Of a stretch of 64,000 nucleotides of DNA, positions 33,580 through 43,700 are shown in pieces. Origin of the DNA: Macrostomum lignano (Eukaryota); NCBI GenBank assembly GCA_002269645.1, contig NIVC01002343.1, positions 1 to 64,000 on the forward strand. Reading direction: 5' to 3'. The notes below the pieces were generated by a model. It saw only the letters and a program-made list of their open reading frames with translations, was not told where the DNA came from and did not search any database. Positions within the stretch are counted from its first letter, which is position 1. Every line of letters begins with the position of its first letter. The position numbers and the translations under genes are program-made.

Positions 33580-35043
33580 ATGTCGAACCGCGCCCTCGAC
33601 CTGGAGCACCTGGACTCCGAGGAGCGCGAGAAGATGCTGAAGCTGCTCCGCGAGAAGTACAGCTCGGACGGGCAGCAGCGGGTGGAGTTTCTCTACAACG
33701 AGGACATGAGCCGGCCCAGCGCAGAGGACTACTTGCGCGGCAAGCGGATCACGGATGTCTCTAAACTGTCCGCCATCGATGACTCCGCGCAGCTGCAGGG
33801 CGTCAGCAAGGAGCTGGACTCCGGCATCATCGAGCGGCGGGCCGTGCTGGACATGCAGGCCAAGATGCGCGAGGACCCACTGTTCCTCATCAGGCAGCAG
33901 GAGGCTGAGCGGCTGCGCCGGCTGCAGCAGAACCCGGTGAAGATGCGCAAGCTGACCCAGGCTTTGCAGGAGAAGGAGAAGACCAAGAAGAGGAAGAGAA
34001 ACAAGAAAGCGTCGTCTTCATCGGGCTCGGATTCCGAAGAGTCCAGCGGGGACGAGCTGCTCAACCAGTACCTGGCCATCGTGAACAAGGAACCGGGGAA
34101 GTCCGGTGATCACCGGGACCCGTCGGGCAGGCCTCAGCCCAGTCACAAAGACCGGTACAGCAGATCGCCTCCCCGGCACAAAGACCAGATGAAGTCCGGT
34201 GATCACCGGGACCCGTCGGGCAGGCCTCAGCCCAGTCACAAAGACCGGTACAGCAGATCGCCTCCCCGGCACAAAGACCAGATGAAGAGGTCGCCTCCCA
34301 GGCACCAAGGCCAACCAGACAGGTCGCCTCCCAGACACAGAGGCCGGGTGGACAGTTCGCCTCTCAGACACAAAGACCGACCAGACAGGTCGCCTCCCAG
34401 ACACAAAGACCGGGTGGAGAAATCGCCTCCCAGACACAGAGGCCGGGTGGACAGGTCGCCTCTCAGGCACCAAGACCGGATGGACAGGTCGCCTCCCAGA
34501 CACAAAGACCGGGTGGAGAAGTCGCCTCTCAGGCAGCAAGGCCGGGTGGACAAGTCGCCTCGCAGGCACCAAGACCGACCAGACAGGTCGCCTCGCAGGC
34601 ACCAAGACCGACCAGACAGGTCGCCTCCCAGACACAGAGGCCGGGTGGACAGGTCGCCTCCCAGACACAGAGGCCGGGTGGACAGGTCGCCTCCTAGGCA
34701 CACAGACCAGTCAGGCAGCTCATCTAGTCACAAGGACCGGTCGGACAGATCGTCATCCGGAACGAAGCCGGATGATGAGCGGGCGCGGCGGCTGGCCGAG
34801 ATGATGCAGGACGCTCGCGATCGCGAGGCGGACAGACGGGCCCGGCTGGAGGCCCGAGTGGCGGCGGCTGCGGCCGCTGTGGCCAACGGCGGAGGCGGCG
34901 GCGAGGGCCCGGGCGGCGAGTTCATCCGCGGCCTGGCGAACAAGTCAGCAGAGTGCAGCCTGGAGGAGGCGGTGAGGCGGCGGGCCAATCAGGTGCAGCG
35001 GCGGCACGACGACATGGAGAAGCAAGCGTTCCGCAAGGCTTAG
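33580..35043 (+). CDS. CWC25: Pre-mRNA splicing factor CWC25-like protein with RSPPRH repeats
   Basis: LDMQAKMREDPLFLIRQQE..QNPVKMRKL and DERARRLAEMMQDA; ATG in GCCGCCATG context at 33580; about 15 copies of an 11-aa RSPPRHxDRxD repeat. Confidence 0.85.
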   Translation: MSNRALDLEHLDSEEREKMLKLLREKYSSDGQQRVEFLYNEDMSRPSAEDYLRGKRITDVSKLSAIDDSAQLQGVSKELDSGIIERRAVLDMQAKMREDPLFLIRQQEAERLRRLQQNPVKMRKLTQALQEKEKTKKRKRNKKASSSSGSDSEESSGDELLNQYLAIVNKEPGKSGDHRDPSGRPQPSHKDRYSRSPPRHKDQMKSGDHRDPSGRPQPSHKDRYSRSPPRHKDQMKRSPPRHQGQPDRSPPRHRGRVDSSPLRHKDRPDRSPPRHKDRVEKSPPRHRGRVDRSPLRHQDRMDRSPPRHKDRVEKSPLRQQGRVDKSPRRHQDRPDRSPRRHQDRPDRSPPRHRGRVDRSPPRHRGRVDRSPPRHTDQSGSSSSHKDRSDRSSSGTKPDDERARRLAEMMQDARDREADRRARLEARVAAAAAAVANGGGGGEGPGGEFIRGLANKSAECSLEEAVRRRANQVQRRHDDMEKQAFRKA

Positions 35044-35174
35044 AGGGCCGGTGTCTGAACTGCTGGGCCCTGCTCTGCATTCAGCCATGGTCGCGATGTG
35101 AACCGTCCGGTTCTGATAACCGCTCAGTTTTTTTAATTAGGCTGATTTTAAACTCATAATAATCATTTGATGAT

Positions 35175-35645
35175 CGCTCTCAAACCCCACCCTTGGAATC
35201 GCCCTCAGCCCCACCCTCAGAATCGCCCTCAGCCCCTCCCTCAGCCCCATCCTCAGAATCTGCCTCAGCCCCACCCTCAGAATCGCCCTCAGCCTCACCC
35301 TCAGAATCGCCCTCAGCCCCACCCTCAGAATCTCCCTCAGCCCTACCCTCAGAATCGCCCTCAGCCCCACCCTCAGAATCTGCCTCAGCCCCGCCATTAG
35401 AATCTGCCTCAGCCCCACCCTCAGAATCTGCCTCAGCCCGCCCTTAGAATCTCCCTCAGCCCCACCCTCAGAATCTCCCTCAGCCCGCCCTTAGAATCTC
35501 CCTCAGCCCCACCCTCAGAATCTGCCTCAGCCCCACCCTCAAAATCGCCCTCAGCCCCACCCTCAGAATCTCCCTCAGCCCGCCCTTAGAATCTCCCTCA
35601 GCCCGCCCTTAGAATCTCCCTCAGCCCCACCCTCAGAATCGCCCC
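35175..35645 (+). repeat. 24-bp C-rich minisatellite
   Basis: CAGCCCCACCCTCAGAATCGCCCT, about 19 copies. Confidence 0.93.
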
Positions 35646-36309
35646 AAGCCGCCAGTAAATGCCTTAAGCAGGCGCAGGGATCAGTGAGAATGGCGGGGGA
35701 TTCGAGCGGCAAGGCAGGCAGCTTCAGTGGGGAATTCAGCCGGTGTCAAATTGCCGCTGAAAGCCACTGAGCCGCAACGGTGCCGAGTCGCAAACCCGGG
35801 GATTTTCATTGAGCTCTGTTTGCCCTGGCGCAGCGCCCCATTGTTCCGCATCCTGGCGGATGTTTGCCCCCAGTTCAACTCGGCAGCCTTCGGCGCCGCT
35901 TCCCCAAGTCCCGGAGATTGTCAATATGCCATTTTATTGGTGGCAATTGGCTCCCAGTGGGTGCGGCAACTGCCAGCCAGGTATTCAGCTGCGACTGCAG
36001 GCTGGGATAGCTTTCAGCTCCCGCGTGTCCCCTGTGTGCTCGGTAATTTAATGCTGCAAATATTGTGCTCTGTAATGCCTGTAGCTGAAGCTGTCATTTG
36101 TAAATAAAATTTAAGCCTTGCCAGCTCTGCTTGTCAAACTGACACGCGGTGAGTGAGATCAGTCTCTGTTTTGCTGTTTATTTAAATTACTGCTGATAGG
36201 GGATTCAAGTGTTAATTATGCACTAATTATTGATTATCAATGAGTTCTACCTGACTCAACACTGCTCTGTTTGTGCGTTTCTGCTGCCAAGTGACCTGCA
36301 TTGTCTGGA

Positions 36310-36424
36310 GAGTGACAATCCAGCGTCTACCGAGTGACATCCAGCGTCTGCCGAGTGACATCCAGCGTCTGCCGAGTGACACTCCAGCGTCTACCGAGTG
36401 ACACTCCAGCATCTACCGAGTGAC
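36310..36424 (+). repeat. Short 20-22-bp repeat abutting the NUP58 ATG
   Basis: TCCAGCGTCTACCGAGTGACA(C), about 5 copies. Confidence 0.85.
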
Positions 36425-38245
36425 ATGTCCGCCTTCTCATTCGGCGCCAGTCCGGCTGCCTCGGCGGGCCCGAAGCTGGCCACGGTGGCCCCCCTGGCGG
36501 CGGGCAGCTCCAGCACCCTGGGCGGCCTCAACCTGTCGCTGACGCCGCAACAGCCGCCCGCATTCGGGGCCGCGGCGTCAACGGGCGGCTCCTTGGCAGC
36601 GGCCGGGGCGGCCGGCGGTACGCCTGGAGCGGCTGGCGGCCCAGCGGCGGCCGGGCAGTCTTCAACCATCGTGGGCCTCAACTTGTCCTCCACCACGCCC
36701 CTCAGCTCCCTCGCCTCCGCGCCCTCGGCGCCGCCAGCAGCCGGCCAGCCGGCGCCCTTTGGCTTTGGCGCCTCAGCCACTGGCGCCAAGCCCGCCACCG
36801 CCGCCGCTCCGTCTGGCGCCCCAGCGCCGGCTTTTGGCAGCTTTTTTGGCGCTGCCTCGGCATCGACGACCGGCGCACCTGCTGCTGCGGCACCTGGGGC
36901 CGCCCTTAAGGGCCTCGGAGGCGCTGGGGCCTCCACTCAGTCGTCCACCATCGTAGGGCTCAACCTGTCCACCGCGCCGCTGTCTCTGGCAGCCCCGGCT
37001 GCTGCCTCAGCTGCAGCCAAGCCGGCACTCAGCCTGACGCTCGGAGCCGCTCCGACCGCTGCGGCCGCTCCAGCGCCAGGAGGCTTCTCGTTCGGCACCT
37101 CGGCTCCGGCGCCTGGCGCTTCCACTTTGGCGGCTGCGGCAACATCAGCGCCAGCAGCTGCGGCGCCAGCCTTTCGTGGCCTCGGCGGCGTCCCGGGTTC
37201 GAGTCTCGCCAGCGGCTCCGCGGCTGCTGGCAGCGGCGGCGCGGGAATCGGCGGTTTTGGCGCCGGCAGCTCAAGCGGCAGCGGTGGCGCCGGCGCTAGC
37301 GGCTCCACGACGGAGGCGAAGAGCGTGCTGGAGTCGGAGATCCCGCATGAGGTCCTGGTGACTGTGGAGGCCTTCCGCCGCCACGTCGCTTCCCAGCGGG
37401 AGCTGCGGCTGCGCATGGAGGCGGACAGGGCGGGGCTGGCGCAGGAGCTCGGCAGGGTGGCGGAAGAGGCGGAGTCGGTGGCGCAGGCCGTTAGGCGGTT
37501 GGCCACCGGCCGGGCCGCCAGCGTCAGCGCCGCCGTGAGGCTTCGCAGCGACCTGGCGGAGCTCGGCAGGCAGCTGTCGGTGGCCCGTCGGAGCTTCGAG
37601 CAGCCGGCCTGGCAGCAGGCGGACAGCCAGGAGGCGCTGGACCTGCTGGGCCAGCTGGTGACCGAGGCGGCCGGCAAAATTCGCCTGCTGAGGGCGGAGA
37701 TCGAGGACCTCGAGGCTGCGCTCTGTCTAGACGGCAGCAGCGGCCGGGTCAGCGGCCAGGAGCTGCTCAACGCGCTGCGGCAGGCGCGTGAGGCGCTGGT
37801 TGCCTGCGCCGCCGAGCTGGGCGCCGCTAGCGCCACCTGCGACCGCCTGCGCGCCGACTTCCTCGCCTACCGGCGCTCCAGCGGCGACTTCCGCAACCCG
37901 TTCGCCGCCTCCGCCTCGCCGCGCGCCGCCTCCGCTACCTCCCCGTTTTCCGGCCGCGGCCGCCACTCGAACTTCGGGCCGCCGCCTTGCGACGACTCGC
38001 TGGCTGCTGCTTCTGCGGCCGCCACCGCCGCCGCAGCCGCCGCCTCCGTGGCCACCCAGCCTGCGGCGGCCGCTCCGTCCCTCTTCGGCGGCGCCGGCGG
38101 CTTCGGTGGATTTTCCGCTGCTGGACAGGCGGCGCCGGCGTTCGGCGCCACTGCGGCCTCAGCGCCTTTCGCCGGCTTCGGCGCCGCGGCTGGCGGCCCC
38201 GGCGGCGGCCTCTTTGGCTTCTCGGCCGCTAAGCGGAAGCCGTGA
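36425..38245 (+). CDS. NUP58: Nucleoporin p58/p45 (NUPL1)-like, intronless
   Basis: FG/FSFG-rich N-terminus, central coiled coil (EIPHEVLVTVEAFRRHV..; FLAYRR..GDFRNPF..FGPPP), second FG region at the C-terminus. Confidence 0.8.
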   Translation: MSAFSFGASPAASAGPKLATVAPLAAGSSSTLGGLNLSLTPQQPPAFGAAASTGGSLAAAGAAGGTPGAAGGPAAAGQSSTIVGLNLSSTTPLSSLASAPSAPPAAGQPAPFGFGASATGAKPATAAAPSGAPAPAFGSFFGAASASTTGAPAAAAPGAALKGLGGAGASTQSSTIVGLNLSTAPLSLAAPAAASAAAKPALSLTLGAAPTAAAAPAPGGFSFGTSAPAPGASTLAAAATSAPAAAAPAFRGLGGVPGSSLASGSAAAGSGGAGIGGFGAGSSSGSGGAGASGSTTEAKSVLESEIPHEVLVTVEAFRRHVASQRELRLRMEADRAGLAQELGRVAEEAESVAQAVRRLATGRAASVSAAVRLRSDLAELGRQLSVARRSFEQPAWQQADSQEALDLLGQLVTEAAGKIRLLRAEIEDLEAALCLDGSSGRVSGQELLNALRQAREALVACAAELGAASATCDRLRADFLAYRRSSGDFRNPFAASASPRAASATSPFSGRGRHSNFGPPPCDDSLAAASAAATAAAAAASVATQPAAAAPSLFGGAGGFGGFSAAGQAAPAFGATAASAPFAGFGAAAGGPGGGLFGFSAAKRKP

Positions 38246-38761
38246 ATTCTCGGGCCCGAGCTCGAACCTGGTGCTCCTGACTCCGCCCCCTCCCAGCTGC
38301 AATAATTTTTGTCTCCGAACTGCTCCGCTCGGCCAGCCTGCAGGCCGCATTTACTCGATAAAGCAAAATAAACCAGCCGCAATTTGCTCTGATTTGGCTG
38401 TCGCTTCTCATTCACAACTGCCCGTCTTTGCCCTTGTTTTCTTGGGGATGCTCTGGGATTAGTAACAGGCTCGTCATCCCCTGCTTGACCCGCTAGCTAA
38501 TCCCCCTGCTTCCGGCTCTCAGCCTCTTTAATCTCTGCATCTTCCCTGCTCAGCCAGTCCGTTTCAGCTTTGAAAGCGCTGCGGAGCTCTCCTGCTTTTA
38601 GAAGCAGCAACGCTTAGGGGACTGCTTGGCCAAGCATTGATGGCTGGGGCTTGATCTGAATATGATAGTTTAATGCTGCCCTGTAGCTCTGCGACCTCCT
38701 GCTTACCTGCCACGGCTTCTACGGTTGCCATTCTCATTCATTCTCACCGCTTTTATGGTTC

Positions 38762-39170
38762 CCTAGCAATTCCCCAGCCCATACCCCGCCTCCGCGATTC
38801 CCCAGCCCATACCCCGCCTCCGCGATTCCCCAGCCCATACCCCGCCTCCGCGATTCCCCAGCCCATACCCCGCCTCCGCAATTCCCCAGCCCATACCCCG
38901 CCTCCGCAATTCCCCAGCCCATACCCCGCCTCCGCAATTCCCCAGCCCATACCCCGCCTCCGCAATTCCCCAGCCCATACCCCGCCTCCGCAATTCCCCA
39001 GCCCATACCCCGCCTCCGCAATTCCCCAGCCCATACCCCGCCTCCGCAATTCCCCAGCCCATACCCCGCCTCCGCAATTCCCCAGCCCATACCCCGCTCC
39101 GCAATTCCCCAGCCCATACCCCGCTCCGCAATTCCCCATCCCATACCCCGCCTCCGCAATTCCCCAGCCC
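38762..39170 (+). repeat. 28-bp C-rich minisatellite upstream of TAF10
   Basis: CCCCAGCCCATACCCCGCCTCCGCAATT, about 14 copies. Confidence 0.95.
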
Positions 39171-39207
39171 ATGTCAGCAGCAGCGAAGCCGCCCCCGACG
39201 CTTGCAG

Positions 39208-39699
39208 AACGGTGACGAGAGCCTCTCCCCGGCTGAGCAGCAGCCGCAGCAGCAGCAGAGGCCGCAGTTCCAGCAGCCGGTGTCCCTGTCGGACTTCTTC
39301 CTGCAGCTGGACGAATACCAGCCCACCATCCCGGACCGGGTCACTCAGTACTACCTGGAGCGCAGCGGCCTGGAGGTGGCCGACCAGCGCCTGCTCCGCC
39401 TGGTGTCCCTAGCCGGCCAGAAGTTCATTTCAGACATCGTGAGCGACGCCATGCACCACTGCCGGGCCAGGCAGGGCGGCCCCGCGGCCAAGCGGGCCAG
39501 CGGCGGCACCCCGGGAGCCGCGGCCGCCGGCACCGCCTCCGCCGCCCCCGGAGCTGCCGGGGCTGCCGGCTCGGCTGCCGCTGGCGGCGGCGGCTCCTCC
39601 GGCCAGCCCGGCAAGCGCCTGACACTGACAATGGAGGACCTCGGCCCGGCCTTCCAGGAGTGCGGCATCAACGTGCAGCGGCCGCCGTATTTTACCTGA
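39208..39699 (+). CDS. TAF10: TFIID subunit 10; start codon not in frame in the genomic sequence
   Basis: LSDFFLQLDEYQPTIPDRVTQYYLERSG..RLVSLAGQKFISDIVSDA..LTLTMEDLGPA..GINVQRPPYFT. Confidence 0.95.
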   Translation, partial: NGDESLSPAEQQPQQQQRPQFQQPVSLSDFFLQLDEYQPTIPDRVTQYYLERSGLEVADQRLLRLVSLAGQKFISDIVSDAMHHCRARQGGPAAKRASGGTPGAAAAGTASAAPGAAGAAGSAAAGGGGSSGQPGKRLTLTMEDLGPAFQECGINVQRPPYFT

Positions 39700-39879
39700 G
39701 CGGCCTCTTGCTGAGTACTCCGGGCCGGTGTACAGAGCTGCGGCCGCTGCTGGCTTGCAATCGGGGCTTCGATGCTCATCATGCTGCTCACGGATTTCTG
39801 CCTGTGCTGTTTTTGCTGTACTTGGCTGTATATTGTTGTTCTTTTGGTGCCTCCTGCACCCTATCTTCCCCTCATCTCT

Positions 39880-40372
39880 TTCCCTCCCCTTCTCTCCCCT
39901 CTCCCATTCTATCCCCTCACCCTTCTATCCCCTCTCCTATGCTATCCCCTCACCCTTCTATCCCCTCTCCCATTCTATCCCCTCTCATATTCTATCCCCT
40001 CTCCCATTCTATCCCCTCTCCCTTCTATCCCCTCTCCCATTCTATCCCCTCTCCCATTCTATCCCCTCTCCCATTCTATCCCCTCTCCCATTCTATCCCC
40101 TCTCTCTTCTATCCCCTCTCCCATTCTATCCCCTATCCCTTCTATCCCCTCTCCCATTCTATCCCCTATCCCTTCTATCCCCTCTCCCTTCTATCCCCTC
40201 TCCCATTCTATCCCCTCTCCCATTCTATCCCATCCCTTCTATCCCCTCTCCCTTCTATCCCCTCTCCCATTCTATCCCCTATCCCATTCTATCCCCTATC
40301 CCATTCTTTCCCCTATCCCATTCTTTCCCCTCTCCCTTCTATCCCCCTCCCATTCTATCCCCTCTCCCCAAT
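39880..40372 (+). repeat. 17-bp polypyrimidine minisatellite CTATCCCCTCTCCCATT
   Basis: About 29 copies. Confidence 0.95.
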
Positions 40373-40789
40373 TCTCGGGCCCTGGTTCGTTCTCGGCCTG
40401 TGCATATTTTTACTCATGCGCTGCAGTCTCAGCTCGCAGCCAGAAATACACGAGACCGCCTTGACCTGCTGCTTGCTTTGGGGAGTCGCAGCGGCAGCTG
40501 CTGTTGAAGTATCTGCACTGTTATCGCTGATCACTGAATGGCGGAGTGCTGACTCGCCTCTCTTTTGACTCGGACTCAGTTTAAACCCCCTGGCAACTGG
40601 CTGCAGGCCTTGCCAACCCGCTGGGCAGTGAGCAGCTGAGTCTGACAAGCCTAGCCAATGGCGGCTGAGCTGCCCCAGCCTGCTGCCGCACTCAAAAGCC
40701 TGAGCAGCCCTCCTCCCGCGCTCCCCTCGCTCGGGTTTCTGTTAATTTTCCCAAACACCCGCTTGGAGCAGCTCGAAATTCAACTCGGA

Positions 40790-43700
40790 ATGCCTCGACT
40801 CGCCCTGCTGACCTGCCTGCTGGCCGCCCTGTGCGCCTGTGAGTTCCACTGCTCAAATTCTCTGAGTAGCCTTTCACGATTCACCGACTTAACCGTCTCG
40901 CCGATTGCAGCCACCCTTTTGGCGCTGCCGCCTGCCCGTGCACTGCCCGCTGAGTCAGCTGAGCCCTGGATGCAGGGGTGAGCGTTTGCGAGCCGACATG
41001 TATCGCTAACAGCTTTGATGATAAGGGTTTAATTGGGCCTGTGGGTAGAACAATATCACTGATTGAAATGCATCAATTGGGTTCTACATATAGGCTGTAG
41101 CCGGTTTTGGGTTCTACATATAGATCGACACCGGGTGTTGGGTTTTACATGTAGATCGGCACATCGGGTGTTGGGTTTTACATGTAGATCGGCCCCGGGT
41201 GTTGGGTTCTACATGTAGATCGGCACCGGGTGTTGGGTTCTACATGTAGATCGGCACCGGGTGTTGGGTTCTACATGTAGATCGGCCCCGGGTGTTGGGT
41301 TCTACATGTAGATCGGCCCCGGGTGTTGGGCTCTACATGTAGATCGGCACCGGGTGTTGGATTCTACATGTAGATCGGCCCCGGGTGTTGGGTTTGGTCA
41401 GTACTGGAACACAGTACGAACTTTTTCAGACTACATATGTAGGTGACTTGTACAAGCGGCTTAATACAGAGAAGTTCGGGATTTTTAATTTTTGCCAAAG
41501 TCCAAGGCTGAGAGTTTTCTCCCGCGCTTCAAATAGCCGCAGATTCTGGCGAACCGGAAATGTCCGGCTTCTAAAATCACCTGCAGGGGCTTTGGGTGGG
41601 GATTAGAGCAGAAAGTGTTCAAAGCTCAAAGAGCCAGCGGGTCCCGTGCGCTCGCCGCGGGATCAAAGGCCAGCTCCTTTTGTGGTCGGAATTTTCCTGA
41701 TTTCACAGGTGACGCCCCTGACTGACAGGTGAGGTCCCTGACTGACAGGTGATGTCCCTGACTGACAGGTGATGTCCTGTCCTGACTGACAGGTGATGTC
41801 CCTGACTGACAGCTGATGTCCTGACTGACAGGTGATGTCCCTGACTGACAGCTGATGTCCTGACTGACAGGTGATGTTCCTGACTGACAGGTGATGTCCC
41901 TGACTGACAGGTGATGTCCCTGACTGACAGGTGATGTCCTGACTGACAGGTGATGTCTCTGACTGGACAGGTGATGTCCCTGACTGACAGCTGATGTCCT
42001 GACTGACAGGTGATGTCCCTGACTGACAGCTGATGTCCTGACTGACAGGTGATTTCCCTGACTGACAGGTGATGTCCTGACTGACAGGTGATGTCCCTGA
42101 CTGACAGGTGATGTCCCTGACTGGACAGATGACGCCCCTGACTGACAGGTGATGTCCCTGACTGACAGGTGATGTCCCTGACTGACAGGTGATGTCCCTG
42201 ACTGACGGATGATGTCCCTGACTGGACAGATGACGCCCCTGACTGACAGGTGATGTCCCTGACTGACAGGTGATGTCCCTGACTGACAGGTGATGTCCCT
42301 GACTGACAGGTGATGTCCCTGACTGACAGGTGATGTCCTGACTGACAGGTGATGTCCCTGACTGACAGGTGATGTCCCTGACTGACAGGTGATGTCCTGT
42401 CCTGACTGACAGGTGATGTCCCTGACTGACAGCTGATGTCCTGACTGACAGGTGATGTCCCTGACTGACAGCTGATGTCCTGACTGACAGGTGATGTCCC
42501 TGACTGACAGGTGATGTCCCTGACTGACGGATGATGTCCCTGACTGGACAGATGACGCCCCTGACTGACAGGTGATGTCCCTGACTGACAGGTGATGTCC
42601 CTGACTGACAGGTGATGTCCCTGACTGACAGGTGATGTCCCTGACTGACAGGTGATGTCCCTGACTGACAGGTGATGTCCCTGACTGACAGGTGATGTCT
42701 CTGACTGGACAGGTGATGTCCCTGACTGACAGGTGATGTCTCTGACTGGACAGGTGATGTCCCTGACTGACAGGTGATGTCCCTGACTGACAAGTGAAAG
42801 TCCCTGACTATCAGGCGATAATACCTGAGTAACAGGTGGCTTCCTTAACCCTAGTCACTGACCCGTGGAGCAATTTTCTGATTTTTCCCCAAAATCCGGC
42901 GGCGCCCTCAGAGGTCTCGCAGCGAAGCATCCGCGCGGATGAGCTCTCACTCTGCAGCTCTCGGAACTTTGCCTTCAGCGAAAGCAGCAGAAACTGCAGT
43001 TAAAACTCGAAATCAAAGAGCTCACAGCCTGCAAACACAGCAGTCTGATGGGGTGTATGCTTATTTCTCTTGGAGGGGTGCTGCAGATCCAGACACAGCT
43101 AACTGCGCAGGCAGGTGGGCAGCATGCTGCGAGCTGCCCTTCTCCACTATCAAGGGAGATGGGGTTGGATAAAAACTGCAATTTTCGCGAGTTGTTTATC
43201 TGCTCACTGCAAACTGCAGTTCCTTGAGCTGCACCATTCAGTCCCTTTCTGCCCAAATCTGCAATAACTTGAATGCGCTCTCATATTTCAATTCCTATCT
43301 TGATCCTCCTTCCCCAACTTCCCCTTCTCCTAATTCCCTTGTCTAGATTCAATTTCTTTCCTAGCTAGCTCTCTAAGTCTTCCCTAATTTTCCCTTTCCA
43401 AAGTTCCTCTCCTAATTCCCTTCTCTTCCCCATTCACGATTCCAATCCCCGGACAAAACTTTCTTGATTTTCCTTATTATTATTTCTTTATTATTATCAT
43501 ACTCGCAAACTACCCCTCTCCCGTCTCCCCTCTCCCGTCTCCCCTCTCCTGACTCCCCTCTCCCGTCTCCCCTCTCCCGTCTCCCCTCTCCCGATTCCCC
43601 TCTCCTGATTCCCCTCTCCCGTCTCCCCTCTCCTGACTCCCCTCTCCCGTCTCCCCTCTCCCGACTCCCCTCTCCCGTCTCCCCTCTCCTGACTCCCCTC

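Noticed and set aside
36391-38415. Long minus-strand ORFs opposite NUP58, and similar ones opposite IDI1 and 48663..50938
   Set aside because: GC-rich antisense shadows; motifs and codon bias support only the plus strand.
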